Of a stretch of DNA of 24,000 nucleotides, positions 8,783-18,710 are shown piece after piece; the first letter of the stretch is position 1; each line of letters opens with the position of its first letter. Made by a program: the position numbers and the translations under genes. The notes beneath the pieces were generated by a model. The model ran no database searches. It was given only the letters and a program-made list of their open reading frames with translations, and was not told where the DNA came from. The stretch lies in the NCBI GenBank assembly GCA_030691865.1, contig JAUYDL010000017.1, forward strand, positions 8,312-32,311, written 5' to 3'. This stretch comes from Candidatus Omnitrophota bacterium. Lineage in GTDB: Bacteria; Omnitrophota; Gorgyraeia; Gygaellales; Profunditerraquicolaceae.

Positions 8783-9893
8783 AATAATTTGTTTTCTAAC
8801 GGTAATTTTGTTAACCTTCTGCGGTCTGCAGGCAGAGGAGATTCTAGAAAAGGAGAATATGAAGAACAATGCGGCGGGTTTAGATAAGACAAATTTTGAT
8901 AATCCTTTTGGGGTTTTGGAATTTTTGCATTGGAATCATTCTTGGAATAATTATAAATATCCCGGTAATCGTGATTTGGAAAAGGCTATTTTCTTGATGC
9001 AGAGTGCGCAGGTTGGCTGGGTAAGATTAGATTTCCTGTGGGAAGATATCGAAGCGGCTGAGGGTAAATTTGACTTTGCTAAATATGACAATATCGTTGA
9101 GTTACTCAGGCATAAGGGAATCCATATCTTGGGTATTTTGCATTACAGTACAAATTGGGCTTCTTCCTGCGGAGAGTGGAATTGTCCTCCTAAAGATAAT
9201 AAAATATTTGTCAATTACGCAGGCAAAGTTATACAGCGCTATAAGGATCAGATTAAATACTGGGAGGTTTGGAATGAGCCGGATTCTGCTACCTACTGGA
9301 AACAGCAGGACAGCCTTAAGTCCTATTGCGTCCTATTAAAAGAAGTTTATCTGGCGGCTAAAAAAATTGATCCGGATTGTAAGATTTTAAATGGCGGTAT
9401 TGCCAATGGGCTGGCGAGCATCAATCATCTTTATGATAATGGAGCTAAAGATTATTTTGATATATTAAACCTGCATTTTTTCCAAAGCCCCTTATATGGC
9501 AAGAATGCCATCAAAGCTGTAGCCAGTTATCCTAAGCTCGCCTATAAAATAATGGTGCGTAATGGGGACGCCAACAAGAAAATCTGGATCACTGAAATTG
9601 GTTGTCCCGGGGTAAAGCTGGGATTAAAGGTGGATAATTGGTGGCTGGGCAAAAATCCTAATGAGCGCCAGCAAGCCCAATGGGTAAAAGACATATATAC
9701 TGAGCTATTAAAAAATCCCCAGGTGGAGAAAATTTTTTGGGCTTTTTTCCGCGATACCAAAGAACACTGGAATAATGGAATAGATTATTTTGGCTTGGTG
9801 CGTTGGGATTATTCGGCCAAATCTTCTTTTAAAGCCTACAAAGAGTGTTTCCAGGAGTGGAAAAAGAATAAAGCGGTAAAACTTAAGAAGTAA
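8775..9893 (+). CDS. Secreted glycoside hydrolase of the (beta/alpha)8 clan A type (GH5/GH39-like); start probably 8775
   Basis: Signal peptide MNKIICFLTVILLTFCGLQA; KYWEVWNEPDSATYW (acid/base Glu) and KIWITEIGCPG (nucleophile Glu); start overlaps the upstream stop region. Confidence 0.8.
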   Translation: MNKIICFLTVILLTFCGLQAEEILEKENMKNNAAGLDKTNFDNPFGVLEFLHWNHSWNNYKYPGNRDLEKAIFLMQSAQVGWVRLDFLWEDIEAAEGKFDFAKYDNIVELLRHKGIHILGILHYSTNWASSCGEWNCPPKDNKIFVNYAGKVIQRYKDQIKYWEVWNEPDSATYWKQQDSLKSYCVLLKEVYLAAKKIDPDCKILNGGIANGLASINHLYDNGAKDYFDILNLHFFQSPLYGKNAIKAVASYPKLAYKIMVRNGDANKKIWITEIGCPGVKLGLKVDNWWLGKNPNERQQAQWVKDIYTELLKNPQVEKIFWAFFRDTKEHWNNGIDYFGLVRWDYSAKSSFKAYKECFQEWKKNKAVKLKK

Positions 9894-9898
9894 ATAAG

Positions 9899-9979
9899 TG
9901 CGGGAGGAGGGAGTTGAACCCTCAAGGGTTACCCCACACGCTTCTGAGACGTGCGCGTCTGCCATTCCGCCACCCCCGC
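9899..9979 (-). tRNA. tRNA-Leu (CAG)
   Basis: Reverse complement GCGGGGG TG GCGG...CACGT CTCAGAA GCGTG...GTTCAAC...CTCCCGC A; acceptor pairs, loop CTCAGAA gives CAG, long variable arm. Confidence 0.93.
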
Positions 9980-10035
9980 AAAAATCATCCTAAGTATATC
10001 TTAGCCTCTCTATCATGTCAATTGGTTAAAAACAA

Positions 10036-10089
10036 GGGGACGGTTCTATTTTTTAAATTTAAAAAATAATAAAAAATAGAACCGTCCCC
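10036..10089. repeat. Third REP-like palindrome sharing the GGGGACGGTTCT arm
   Basis: GGGGACGGTTCTATTTTTTA / TAAAAAATAGAACCGTCCCC, 20-bp perfect stem; the outer 12 bp equal those of the RAYT-flanking copies. Confidence 0.88.
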
Positions 10090-10131
10090 ACGATTTTCTG
10101 TTATAATAGCTATTCAAATTAAGGAGAAATG

Positions 10132-11088
10132 ATGTTTTTAGAGCAATTCAAAATTACCGGCCTGGCGATGGCCCAGATATTTCTTCTGGGTGGTTTGGGC
10201 TATATTCTAGTTAAGAGAAACATACTTTCTGGCGAAGGCCTGGATGCTTTAAGCCGCCTGGTTATTCAGATCATCTTTCCGGCTTTAATTTTCGCCCAGA
10301 TGCTCAAGAACTTCAGCTTTAATCTTTATCCTAGCTGGTGGATTTTTCCGTTACTTAGCCTGGCGATTACAGTTATGGGTTTAATCGTAGGATGGGGCCT
10401 GCTTAAATTGTCAGGACTAAAGACAAATAAGTTGCAGTTTTTAAGTTTAGTGGCTTTTCAGAATTCAGGGTATCTTCCTCTGGCTATGGCTGCGGCGATA
10501 TTTACGGGCCAGCAGGCTAATGATATTTTTATTTTTATTTTCTTGTTCCTGTTGGGGTTTGATCTGGTGGCCTGGTCATTAGGTATTTATATGCTTACTT
10601 ATGAAAAACAAATTAAATTTAAGCTGCAGAGTCTCTTTAGCACGCCGGTAATCGCAAATTTAACTAGCCTGGCGTTAATCGCGCTGGGTTTAAATAAGTT
10701 TATCCCCGATATTTTATTTAAACCTTTATCTATGATGGGTAACTGTACTTTACCTTTAGCGATGTTAGTAGTCGGAGGCAATGTTGCTTTAGTGCGCCTG
10801 AAAAATATCGACAGGAAAGTAACTTTTATATTTTTGTTAGGGAAATTAATTATTCTGCCGGTATTAGGTATAGTGATCGTGTTGAAACTTGCGCTGCCGC
10901 ATTTATTGGGATTTTTGATTGTGATGCAGCTGGCCATGCCTTCGGCAACTTCTTTATCCGTAATTATCCGCCGTTTTAACAGACAGGATGCTTTAATCAG
11001 CCAGGGGGTATTTTTTAGCCACATCATCGGCTTGTTTACCATACCCTTATTTTTAAGTTTATATTTATTCCTGGTTATGCTAAAATGA
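10132..11088 (+). CDS. AEC family (auxin efflux carrier-like) transporter
   Basis: About 10 TM helices, GLGYILVKRNILSGEGLDALSRLVIQIIFPALIF, NSGYLPLAM, AMPSATSLSVIIRRF. Confidence 0.82.
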   Translation: MFLEQFKITGLAMAQIFLLGGLGYILVKRNILSGEGLDALSRLVIQIIFPALIFAQMLKNFSFNLYPSWWIFPLLSLAITVMGLIVGWGLLKLSGLKTNKLQFLSLVAFQNSGYLPLAMAAAIFTGQQANDIFIFIFLFLLGFDLVAWSLGIYMLTYEKQIKFKLQSLFSTPVIANLTSLALIALGLNKFIPDILFKPLSMMGNCTLPLAMLVVGGNVALVRLKNIDRKVTFIFLLGKLIILPVLGIVIVLKLALPHLLGFLIVMQLAMPSATSLSVIIRRFNRQDALISQGVFFSHIIGLFTIPLFLSLYLFLVMLK

Positions 11089-11540
11089 GTAATATTATCG
11101 CCACTAATCGTAAGGCGCACAGGGATTATGAAGTCCTGGAGTCTTTAGAGTGCGGTATTGAATTAAAAGGCTCGGAAGTAAAATCTTTACGCGCCGCTAA
11201 GATTAATTTAAATGATAGTTTTGCCCGTTTTGAGGGTCCCGAGATCTTTTTATATAACGCGCATATCAGCCGTTACGCGCAAGCCAGTTATTTAAACGTT
11301 GATCCGGACAGGCATCGTAAGCTCCTTTTACATAAGAAGCAGATTGAAAGAATAAATGGTAAGCTTACCCAAAAAGGCCTAACCTTAATTCCGTTAAAGA
11401 TTTATTTTAATGACCGGGGTTTTGCAAAAATAGAGCTTGCGCTTTGTAAAGGTAAAAAACTTTACGATAAGCGGGAAAGTGTCAAGCGCAGGGAAACTGA
11501 TAAACAGCTGCGCCGGATAATAAAGAATAGAAGAGGGTAA
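11085..11540 (+). CDS. smpB: SsrA-binding protein SmpB
   Basis: IIATNRKAHRDYEVLESLECGIELKGSEVKSLRAAKINLNDSFARF, ALCKGKKLYDKRESVKRRE; adjacent to ssrA. Confidence 0.96.
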   Translation: MSNIIATNRKAHRDYEVLESLECGIELKGSEVKSLRAAKINLNDSFARFEGPEIFLYNAHISRYAQASYLNVDPDRHRKLLLHKKQIERINGKLTQKGLTLIPLKIYFNDRGFAKIELALCKGKKLYDKRESVKRRETDKQLRRIIKNRRG

Positions 11541-11572
11541 TTGTTTTTTAAAATATTGTTATTTGAAAATTT

Positions 11573-11978
11573 GGGGGTGAAAGGGTTCGACTTAAGATAT
11601 GTCGGATAAGAGCAGCATGCCGCGGATGTAAGGTTAGCCGCGTTAACAACCCTTACACAATTTAAACGCAAACACGCAAGTGTCACGTTTAGGAACATTA
11701 GTTGCGCCGTCTTTTGCGGCTAGACCAATGTTCGTACCAGCCTTCGGACTTAATTAAGTCCGAAGCCCCTAACTGTCCTGCCTACGGGATAGATTAGGGC
11801 ACTAGTAGGATAGTCCCGGCGGTTAACCTTCCAAACCGGGGCGAAATCGAAAAGGCTGCGCTTTGCAAATCCTGCCGGGTAGGAGTTGCAGGGCTAAGAA
11901 TAAATTACCAGGCTAAGCATGTAGCGGCTTTTATGCGATTACTTAAGGACTCCGGTCCAATTCCGGACACCTCCACCA
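11573..11978 (+). ncRNA. ssrA: tmRNA (ssrA), non-permuted
   Basis: 5' GGGGGTGAAAGGGTTCGAC and 3' GGACTCCGGTCCAATTCCGGACACCTCCACCA; acceptor GGGGGTG/CACCTCC pairs; T-arm TCCGG-TCCAATT-CCGGA; encoded CCA; directly after smpB. Confidence 0.94.
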
Positions 11979-12000
11979 ATCCTGTGCTGCGCACAGGATT
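11978..12000 (+). terminator. Hairpin directly after tmRNA
   Basis: AATCCTGTGC-TGC-GCACAGGATT, perfect 10-bp stem; lacks a strong T-tract. Confidence 0.45.
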
Positions 12001-12033
12001 TGCTGGATAAAAGCTTATTGTGCTCAAATTTTT

Positions 12034-13122
12034 ATGAAGATTAATAAATATCTAAAAACATTTCTTGTTTGTATCAGCCTGGTTATTTTAATCTCCGGCT
12101 GCGCCACCATCCCCACCGGTGAGAATATCGCTGCTTATTCCATTGGCGGGGTAACTTATTATCCTTTGGTTACCCTATGTGATTTACGCGGGGTCCAGAT
12201 GCAGTATGATGCGCTCTTGCGTACTGCTTATTTAAGTAAAGATGCACAACACGTGAGTTTAAGGGTAGGGGATGTTTTGGTGCTGGTAAATGATAATGTC
12301 AGGCATTTAAATTTTCCGATCGATGTTTATCAAGGCACAATTGCGGTGCCCCGGCAATTCAAAGAACAGGTCTTTGATGTATTGTTTAGACAGGTCGTTT
12401 TAGTTGGCCGCCGAGCGGGTAAAATAAAATTACACAAGGTAGTTATTGATGCCGGCCATGGAGGCAATGATCCCGGAGCTATAGGCAGAAATGGCTTAAA
12501 GGAAAAGGATGTAAATTTAGATATTGCCAAAAGATTAAGCAGTTTTTTAAGGGTAGAAGGGGTGCAGGTTGTGCTTACCCGCTCAACGGATAAATTTGTT
12601 TCTCTTTCTACGCGGGTCAGTATCGCCAACCGCTCCGGAGCAGATTTATTTATCAGCATTCATTCTAATGCTAACCGTTCGCGTTCTTTATGCGGCTTTG
12701 AAGTCTATTATCTTGCTCCCAGCGTAAGTGATTCTAAACGCGCTGTTCTTACGGCCAGGAGCGCTTCTTTGAATTTAAAGGACACTGTTTTTTCCAGCGA
12801 TACTCAGGATTTAAAGGCGATTGTTTGGGATATGATTTATGCCAACAGCCGGGCAGAGTCAATCGAGCTATCGCGTTCTTTATGTAAAGTTATGGGCGCT
12901 AGCATTGACGCTAATATCCTGGGAGTTAAGAATGCCCGTTTTCAGGTGTTAAAGGGAATTACTATGCCGGGGATATTGACTGAAGTAGGTTTTGTTTCCA
13001 ATTTGAATGAGGAAAGGTTATTAAAGACCGCCAGCTACAGGGAAAAGTTAGCTGCCGGTATATTAGAAGGGATCAGGGATTATTCGCAGGATATGGCATT
13101 AGTAGAGGTAGCCTTAAGATGA
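12034..13122 (+). CDS. N-acetylmuramoyl-L-alanine amidase lipoprotein (Amidase_3, with copper-amine-oxidase-N-like domain)
   Basis: Lipobox LISGCATIP; VVIDAGHGGNDPGAIGRNGLKEKDVNLDIAKRL; SIHSNANRS; PGILTEVGFVSNLNEERLL. Confidence 0.9.
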   Translation: MKINKYLKTFLVCISLVILISGCATIPTGENIAAYSIGGVTYYPLVTLCDLRGVQMQYDALLRTAYLSKDAQHVSLRVGDVLVLVNDNVRHLNFPIDVYQGTIAVPRQFKEQVFDVLFRQVVLVGRRAGKIKLHKVVIDAGHGGNDPGAIGRNGLKEKDVNLDIAKRLSSFLRVEGVQVVLTRSTDKFVSLSTRVSIANRSGADLFISIHSNANRSRSLCGFEVYYLAPSVSDSKRAVLTARSASLNLKDTVFSSDTQDLKAIVWDMIYANSRAESIELSRSLCKVMGASIDANILGVKNARFQVLKGITMPGILTEVGFVSNLNEERLLKTASYREKLAAGILEGIRDYSQDMALVEVALR

Positions 13123-13910
13123 GCGCAATCGGTGTTTTTGATTCTGGCGTAGGCGGGCTTACGGTAGCTAGAGAGATAATTCGTCAACTACCTGATGAAA
13201 ACATAGTTTATTTCGGCGACACTGCCCGTGTCCCTTACGGGATTAAGTCGCCCCAGACCGTAATCCGTTTTTCTATTGAGAATATTCTGTTCTTATTAAA
13301 GCACGATGTTAAGCTGATCTGTGTGGCTTGTAACACCGCATCCAGTCTTGCCCTTCCGGTGATCAGGAATAATTTCCGCGTACCGATCATCGGTGTAATT
13401 ACTCCCGGGGCGAAAGAAGCAGTTTATGCCTCGCAGAATAAGCGTATCGGAGTAATCGGGACCAAGGGAACGATTAAAAGCCGGACATATGAAAGAGAAA
13501 TTAAGCAGCTTGATCCTAAGGTTAAGGTAACGGCTGCAGCCTGTCCTTTATTTGTTCCTTTTGTCGAAGAAGGGTGGCTTTCCGGAGAGGTTGTTTTAAG
13601 CGTAGCCAGGAAATATTTAAAACCGCTTCGCCAGGCCGGTGTAGATACGGTAATTTTAGGCTGCACGCATTATCCTCTGCTTAAACCGGTAATTCAGGAG
13701 GTTCTTGGTAAGGGAGTCATTTTAATTGATTCTGCCAAGCAGGTAGCTTTTGAAATAAAAAAGATCCTGGCTAGTGAAGATCTGCTTAACCGCGGTAAAG
13801 GCGGCAGACATAAGTTTTATGTCAGCGATAATCCTGAGTGGTTTAGTTCGCTGGCGCAAAGATTTATGGGTAAAAAATTAATGAATGTAAGGAAGGTAGA
13901 CAATGTATAG
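13119..13910 (+). CDS. murI: Glutamate racemase
   Basis: IGVFDSGVGGLTVAREI, YFGDTARVPYG, VACNTASSLAL, LGCTHYPLL. Confidence 0.96.
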   Translation: MSAIGVFDSGVGGLTVAREIIRQLPDENIVYFGDTARVPYGIKSPQTVIRFSIENILFLLKHDVKLICVACNTASSLALPVIRNNFRVPIIGVITPGAKEAVYASQNKRIGVIGTKGTIKSRTYEREIKQLDPKVKVTAAACPLFVPFVEEGWLSGEVVLSVARKYLKPLRQAGVDTVILGCTHYPLLKPVIQEVLGKGVILIDSAKQVAFEIKKILASEDLLNRGKGGRHKFYVSDNPEWFSSLAQRFMGKKLMNVRKVDNV

Positions 13911-14289
13911 TTTAAAAGTGCAAGGCACTTTCAGCTCTGCGCATAATCTAAGAGGTTATAAAGGCAAATGTGAAGATCTACATGGCCATAATTGGTTGGT
14001 GGAAATACTGATTAAATCCGCACAACTCGATGATATCGGTATGGTTTTAGATTTTAAATACCTAAAGAAAAAATTAAACGCTACTTTAGAGCAGATGGAT
14101 CATAAATATCTTAATCGCATCCCGTATTTTTCCGCCGCAGGCGGATCTGCCTCCGGCGGGAAAAAAGTAAATCCCACCTCTGAGAATATCGCCAAATATA
14201 TCTATAAAAAACTTAAACCCCAGATTCCTTTGCTTAACTGTGTAACGGTTTGGGAAAACAGCACCAGCAGCGCTAATTATGAAGAGTAA
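13903..14289 (+). CDS. queD: 6-carboxytetrahydropterin synthase
   Basis: FSSAHNLRGYKGKCEDLHGHNWLVEI, GMVLDFKYLK, PTSENIAKYIY, VTVWENSTSSANY. Confidence 0.93.
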   Translation: MYSLKVQGTFSSAHNLRGYKGKCEDLHGHNWLVEILIKSAQLDDIGMVLDFKYLKKKLNATLEQMDHKYLNRIPYFSAAGGSASGGKKVNPTSENIAKYIYKKLKPQIPLLNCVTVWENSTSSANYEE

Positions 14290-14941
14290 AATTTCTAAGA
14301 CTGCGGTAGTGCTTTTATCCGGGGGACTGGATTCGGCTACAGTTTTGTATTTCGCTCAAGCTCTTGGGTTTAAATGCCAGGCTTTGATTTTCGACTATGG
14401 CCAGAGGCATAAGCAAGAGGTAGCTTGCGCTGTAAAGATTGCTAAGGCTAGCGGCTGTGCTTATAGAATTCTAAAAATAGATTTTCCCTGGAAAGGGTCT
14501 GCGCTCTTAGACAAAAAAATAAAAGTTCCTAAAGAAATTGCTCCAGGCGTTCCGGCTACTTACGTACCGGCGCGCAATATTATATTTTTAAGCTTTGCTT
14601 TGTCACTGGCAGAAGTAATTAAGGCCCAGGCGATTTTTATCGGGGCGCATGCTCAGGATTATTCGGGTTATCCTGATTGCCGCCCGGAGTTTTTTAAGGC
14701 CTTTGTTAAAATGGCCAAGGTTGGGATTGCCGCTAAACATAGAATCCAGATCCTGACTCCGTTATTAAATAAGAACAAATCGCAAATCATCAGCCTGGGC
14801 CGTGAGCTTGGTGTGTCTTTTAATTTAACCTGGTCATGTTATCGGTCAGGTAAACAGCCTTGCGGAAAATGCGATAGCTGCTATTATCGCGCTAAAGGTT
14901 TTAAAGAGGCGGGTCTGATTGATCCGTTAGTAAAAAGATGA
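14279..14941 (+). CDS. queC: 7-cyano-7-deazaguanine synthase
   Basis: VVLLSGGLDSATVLYFA, YGQRHKQEV, PGVPATYVPARNIIFLS, SCYRSGKQPCGKCDSCYYRAKGF. Confidence 0.95.
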   Translation: MKSKISKTAVVLLSGGLDSATVLYFAQALGFKCQALIFDYGQRHKQEVACAVKIAKASGCAYRILKIDFPWKGSALLDKKIKVPKEIAPGVPATYVPARNIIFLSFALSLAEVIKAQAIFIGAHAQDYSGYPDCRPEFFKAFVKMAKVGIAAKHRIQILTPLLNKNKSQIISLGRELGVSFNLTWSCYRSGKQPCGKCDSCYYRAKGFKEAGLIDPLVKR

Positions 14942-15609
14942 AGGCAAGAATTGCTGAAGTGTTTGCTAGCGTGCAGGGTGAAGGCCTTTATTTGGGGGAG
15001 AAGCAGATCTTTGTGCGTTTTTTTGACTGTAATTTAAGCTGCACTTACTGCGATACTAAACTTGACCGGTTTACGGAGTATGAACCTAAAGAGCTTTTTG
15101 AGGAGATCAAACTTTACCGCGATAAGTACCACTCGATTTCTTTTACCGGAGGAGAGCCGCTTTTATACACAAATTTTTTAAAAGAGATACTCAAACTTAC
15201 TTCCGGAGGAGGCTATAAGCATTATCTGGAAACAAATGGTACTTTATTTTCTGAGTTAAAGCAGCTTATTGACCGGATCGATATTATCGCTATGGATTTA
15301 AAGTTTCCCAGCTCAACCGGGATGGGAAATCTCTGGCAGCTGCATCGAAAGTTTTTAAAGATTGCCGCCAGAAAAGAAGTATTCCTTAAAGCAATTATCT
15401 GTCAGGCAACGTATGAGGATGATTTAAAGGAGGCGCTGGCGATTATTAAGGAAATAAGCCCCGCCAGTGTTTTAGTTTTACAGCCAAACAGCTATGAGAA
15501 TCAATCGGTTCTGCATGAAAAGTTATTAAATTTTAAGGAGATAGCTATTCAACAGGGGGTTACGACTTGTATTATCCCTCAGATTCACAAAATAATGGGG
15601 TTGAGATAG
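14938..15609 (+). CDS. queE: 7-carboxy-7-deazaguanine synthase (radical SAM)
   Basis: FASVQGEGLYLGEKQIFVRFFDCNLSCTYCDT, SFTGGEPLL. Confidence 0.93.
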   Translation: MKARIAEVFASVQGEGLYLGEKQIFVRFFDCNLSCTYCDTKLDRFTEYEPKELFEEIKLYRDKYHSISFTGGEPLLYTNFLKEILKLTSGGGYKHYLETNGTLFSELKQLIDRIDIIAMDLKFPSSTGMGNLWQLHRKFLKIAARKEVFLKAIICQATYEDDLKEALAIIKEISPASVLVLQPNSYENQSVLHEKLLNFKEIAIQQGVTTCIIPQIHKIMGLR

Positions 15610-16002
15610 ATGAAGAGATCTGATTATGAAGGTTTGCAGGAAAATGTCCGGAAATTAAAAACTCCGGAAATTGAGGTCTGGCAAAACCAATATGCCGATA
15701 AGATCTATTCAATTAATCTGGATATTCCGGAGTTTACCTGTATCTGCCCAAAGACCGGCTTGCCGGATTTTGCAATTATTCGTATAGAATATTCTCCGGC
15801 TAAGTTTTGCGTGGAATTAAAATCTTTTAAGATGTATACCATATCTTTTCGTAATGTGGGAATTTTTCATGAGCATTTAATCAATAAGATGCTGGAAGAT
15901 TTCCTGAGTTCAGTCAAGCCGCGCTGGGTAAAGATTAGCGGAATTTTTAATCCCCGCGGAGGCATTACTACTACTGTATCAGCGGAGTATAAAAGCAGAT
16001 GA
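15610..16002 (+). CDS. queF: NADPH-dependent preQ0 reductase
   Basis: FTCICPKTGLPDFAIIRIEYSPAKFCVELKSFKMYTISFRNVGIFHE. Confidence 0.93.
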   Translation: MKRSDYEGLQENVRKLKTPEIEVWQNQYADKIYSINLDIPEFTCICPKTGLPDFAIIRIEYSPAKFCVELKSFKMYTISFRNVGIFHEHLINKMLEDFLSSVKPRWVKISGIFNPRGGITTTVSAEYKSR

Positions 16003-16820
16003 GAGAGTTAAAAGCAGAAAAAATAACCCAGGCGGTTATGGAATTAGTAAAGCGCGCTAATTTTTCGCTTGGCCGGGATGTTTTGTTTGCTCTGCGTAAG
16101 GCTTATCGAACTGAAAAAAACAGGCGGGCAAAAACTATTCTTAAGGCGATACTGGATAATGCTGCTTATGCGCAAAAAGAAAATCTGGCTATCTGTCAGG
16201 ATACAGGCATGCCGGTAGTATTTGTGCAGGTAGGCCAGGATTTGAAAATAGCCGGAAATCTAAAAGCCGCGATCAATAAAGGCATAGAAGCCGGGTATAA
16301 AAAATATTCCTTAAGAAATTCTATTTGTGCGGATCCTTTGCTTAGAGGTAAATCCGGATTTTCTCCCTGTATCATGCATATGGATATCGTTTCAGGGGAT
16401 AAAATAGAATTAACCCTTCTGCCAAAAGGTTTTGGCTGTGAAAACAAATCACAACTGAAAATGTTTAAGCCGACTTCCGGCATAGAAGAGATTAAGCAGT
16501 TTATTATTGAAGTAGTAAAGAATGCCGGGCCTGATGCCTGTCCGCCGTATGTTATCGGAGTAGGTATCGGCGGAACAGCAGATTATGCAAGCATTATGGC
16601 CAAGAAAGCTTTGTTGACTAAGCTGTCAGCTAAACATTCAAGGCTAGAAGAAGATTTATTAAAGCAAATAAATAAAACCGGAATCGGCCCCATGGGCTTA
16701 GGCGGTAAAACTACGGCACTGGCCTTAAACATTCTAACCTATCCGACGCATATTGCCGGGCTGCCGGTTAGCGTAAATATCAGCTGTCATGCCTTAAGGA
16801 GCGCTGGAATAGTTTTATGA
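15999..16820 (+). CDS. Class I fumarate hydratase, alpha subunit
   Basis: AICQDTGMPVVFVQVG, LLPKGFGCENKS, GIGGTADYASIMAKKALL, HIAGLPVSVNISCHALR. Confidence 0.9.
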   Translation: MRELKAEKITQAVMELVKRANFSLGRDVLFALRKAYRTEKNRRAKTILKAILDNAAYAQKENLAICQDTGMPVVFVQVGQDLKIAGNLKAAINKGIEAGYKKYSLRNSICADPLLRGKSGFSPCIMHMDIVSGDKIELTLLPKGFGCENKSQLKMFKPTSGIEEIKQFIIEVVKNAGPDACPPYVIGVGIGGTADYASIMAKKALLTKLSAKHSRLEEDLLKQINKTGIGPMGLGGKTTALALNILTYPTHIAGLPVSVNISCHALRSAGIVL

Positions 16821-17344
16821 AAAGAATAAACACTCCATTAGATTTAAATAAAATTAAATCCTTAAAAGCAGGCCAGGAGGTTCTTTTAAGCGGCTCGATC
16901 TATACTGCCCGGGATCAGGCGCATAAGAGGTTAGTCCGGGCGATTAAGTCGCGCAAAGCCTTGCCTTTTGAACTTAAGGATGCGGTTATTTATTATTGCG
17001 GCCCCACGCAAACTCCTAAGGGTAAAGTAATCGGCTCCTGCGGCCCTACTACCAGCTCGCGTATGGATGCATTCGCTGGCTTTATCCTGGCCAAAGGTTT
17101 AAGGGGGATGATTGGCAAGGGCAGCCGCGGGCTTGGAGTAAAGGAAGCAATTAAGAAATATAAAGGGATTTATTTTATTACTTATGCCGGATGCGGAGCC
17201 CTTTTAAGTAAATATGTCAAGAGCGCTAAAAAAGTTGCTTATGGCGATCTGGGCCCGGAGGCAATCTTGAAATTGGAAGTAGAAAATTTTCCTTTGATTG
17301 TAGCAATTGATGTTAATGGAGGGAGTGTTTATGGTCAGGATTGA
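16817..17344 (+). CDS. Class I fumarate hydratase, beta subunit
   Basis: [53 protein letters not shown]; ATGA overlap with alpha subunit. Confidence 0.9.
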   Translation: MKRINTPLDLNKIKSLKAGQEVLLSGSIYTARDQAHKRLVRAIKSRKALPFELKDAVIYYCGPTQTPKGKVIGSCGPTTSSRMDAFAGFILAKGLRGMIGKGSRGLGVKEAIKKYKGIYFITYAGCGALLSKYVKSAKKVAYGDLGPEAILKLEVENFPLIVAIDVNGGSVYGQD

Positions 17345-18047
17345 TGGACGCGGCAATGATAAAATCAGAAAAGTTACAATCACCAGGAATTATATTAAAT
17401 ACCCCGAAGGGTCCTGCCTGATTGAGTTAGGCAATACCAAGGTAATTTGCACTGCTTCGGTTGAAGAGACTGTCCCGCCGTTTTTAAGAAATTCAGGCAC
17501 AGGTTGGGTTACTGCTGAGTATGGCATGCTTCCCCGCTCATGCGGAACGCGTATTCCCAGAGGCAAGGATTCCGGGCGCACTTATGAGATTCAGCGCCTA
17601 ATCGGCAGGTCCCTTAGGTCAGTTATTGATATGAAGCAGATAGGTGAACGCACGATTTGGATGGATTGTGATGTTATTCAGGGCGACGGAGGCACGCGCA
17701 CAGCTGCAATCACCGGAAGTTTTGTGGCTCTGATTGATGCTTTGCAGAAGCTTAAAAAAGACGGCAAGATCAATAAGGTTCCCATTCAGGAGTATATCGC
17801 TGCTACCAGCGTAGGTATTTTGAATGATACGATGATTTTAGATTTGTGTTATGAGGAGGATTCTAAAGCCGAAGTTGATATGAATGTGATTATGACCGGA
17901 GCAGGGGAATTTATTGAGATTCAAGGTACGGCGGAGCGCAAACCTTTTACTAAAGATAAAATGGATACGATGCTGGATTTAGCCAAAAAAGGGATCCAAG
18001 AGCTTTTTGCTATCCAAAGAAAATTGGTCGGGGATATATTGTTATAA
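17331..18047 (+). CDS. rph: Ribonuclease PH (start at 17331 rather than 17307)
   Basis: [77 protein letters not shown]. Confidence 0.95.
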   Translation: MVRIDGRGNDKIRKVTITRNYIKYPEGSCLIELGNTKVICTASVEETVPPFLRNSGTGWVTAEYGMLPRSCGTRIPRGKDSGRTYEIQRLIGRSLRSVIDMKQIGERTIWMDCDVIQGDGGTRTAAITGSFVALIDALQKLKKDGKINKVPIQEYIAATSVGILNDTMILDLCYEEDSKAEVDMNVIMTGAGEFIEIQGTAERKPFTKDKMDTMLDLAKKGIQELFAIQRKLVGDILL

Positions 18048-18679
18048 TGAAGCAGCTGGTAGTGGCTACAAAAAATAAAAAAAAGTTATCCGAGATAAAA
18101 GATATTTTAAAAGGCATGAATTTAAAGCTGCTTTCGCTGGATGCCTATAAAGATGTTCCGCAGGTGCTTGAAAATGGCAAAACTTTTCAGGAAAATGCCA
18201 TAAAAAAAGCGGTAACGTTGGCGCGTTTTACCGGTGAGCTTTGCTTGGGTGAGGATTCAGGGCTATGCGTTGATGTTTTAAGTGGTGAGCCGGGGATTTA
18301 TTCGGCGCGTTTCTCAGGCAGGCCTGCCTGCCGGTCAAGCAGGAATAAGAGTGATATTAAGAATAATCTTAAGCTATTGAGATTATTAAAAGATGTGCCT
18401 GCGGCAGAAAGAAAGGCGTATTATGTTTGCGCCGTGGCTTTGGCTGATAAACGCGGGTTAATTGAAGTGGTGGAGGGGAATTGTTCCGGTTTGATTGCTT
18501 TTGAGCCTAAAGGCAGCGCAGGCTTTGGCTATGATCCGTTATTTTATATCCCTAAATATAAAAAGACCTTTGCTCAGCTTGGAGAAAAGATCAAGCATAA
18601 AATGAGCCACCGGTATCATGCTTTAAAAAAAGCCAAGCGGATTATCGAGAAATATATTGTTAAGAGTAAGTGCTGTTGA
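18047..18679 (+). CDS. rdgB: Non-canonical purine NTP pyrophosphatase (RdgB/HAM1)
   Basis: LVVATKNKKKLSEIKDIL, GEDSGLCVDVLSGEPGIYSARFSG, GSAGFGYDPLFYIP, KMSHRYHALKKA. Confidence 0.94.
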   Translation: MKQLVVATKNKKKLSEIKDILKGMNLKLLSLDAYKDVPQVLENGKTFQENAIKKAVTLARFTGELCLGEDSGLCVDVLSGEPGIYSARFSGRPACRSSRNKSDIKNNLKLLRLLKDVPAAERKAYYVCAVALADKRGLIEVVEGNCSGLIAFEPKGSAGFGYDPLFYIPKYKKTFAQLGEKIKHKMSHRYHALKKAKRIIEKYIVKSKCC

Positions 18680-18710
18680 TATAATTAATATTTCGTTATA
18701 GATTACAAAA

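Noticed and set aside
10599-11120. 173-aa minus-strand ORF opposite the AEC transporter
   Set aside because: Shadow ORF of the membrane protein gene; no family features.
13903-16002. queDCEF cluster as a possible DNA-modification (dpd-like) system
   Set aside because: QueF is present and no dpdA-like or TGT-like DNA transglycosylase is in the window; fits normal queuosine precursor synthesis.
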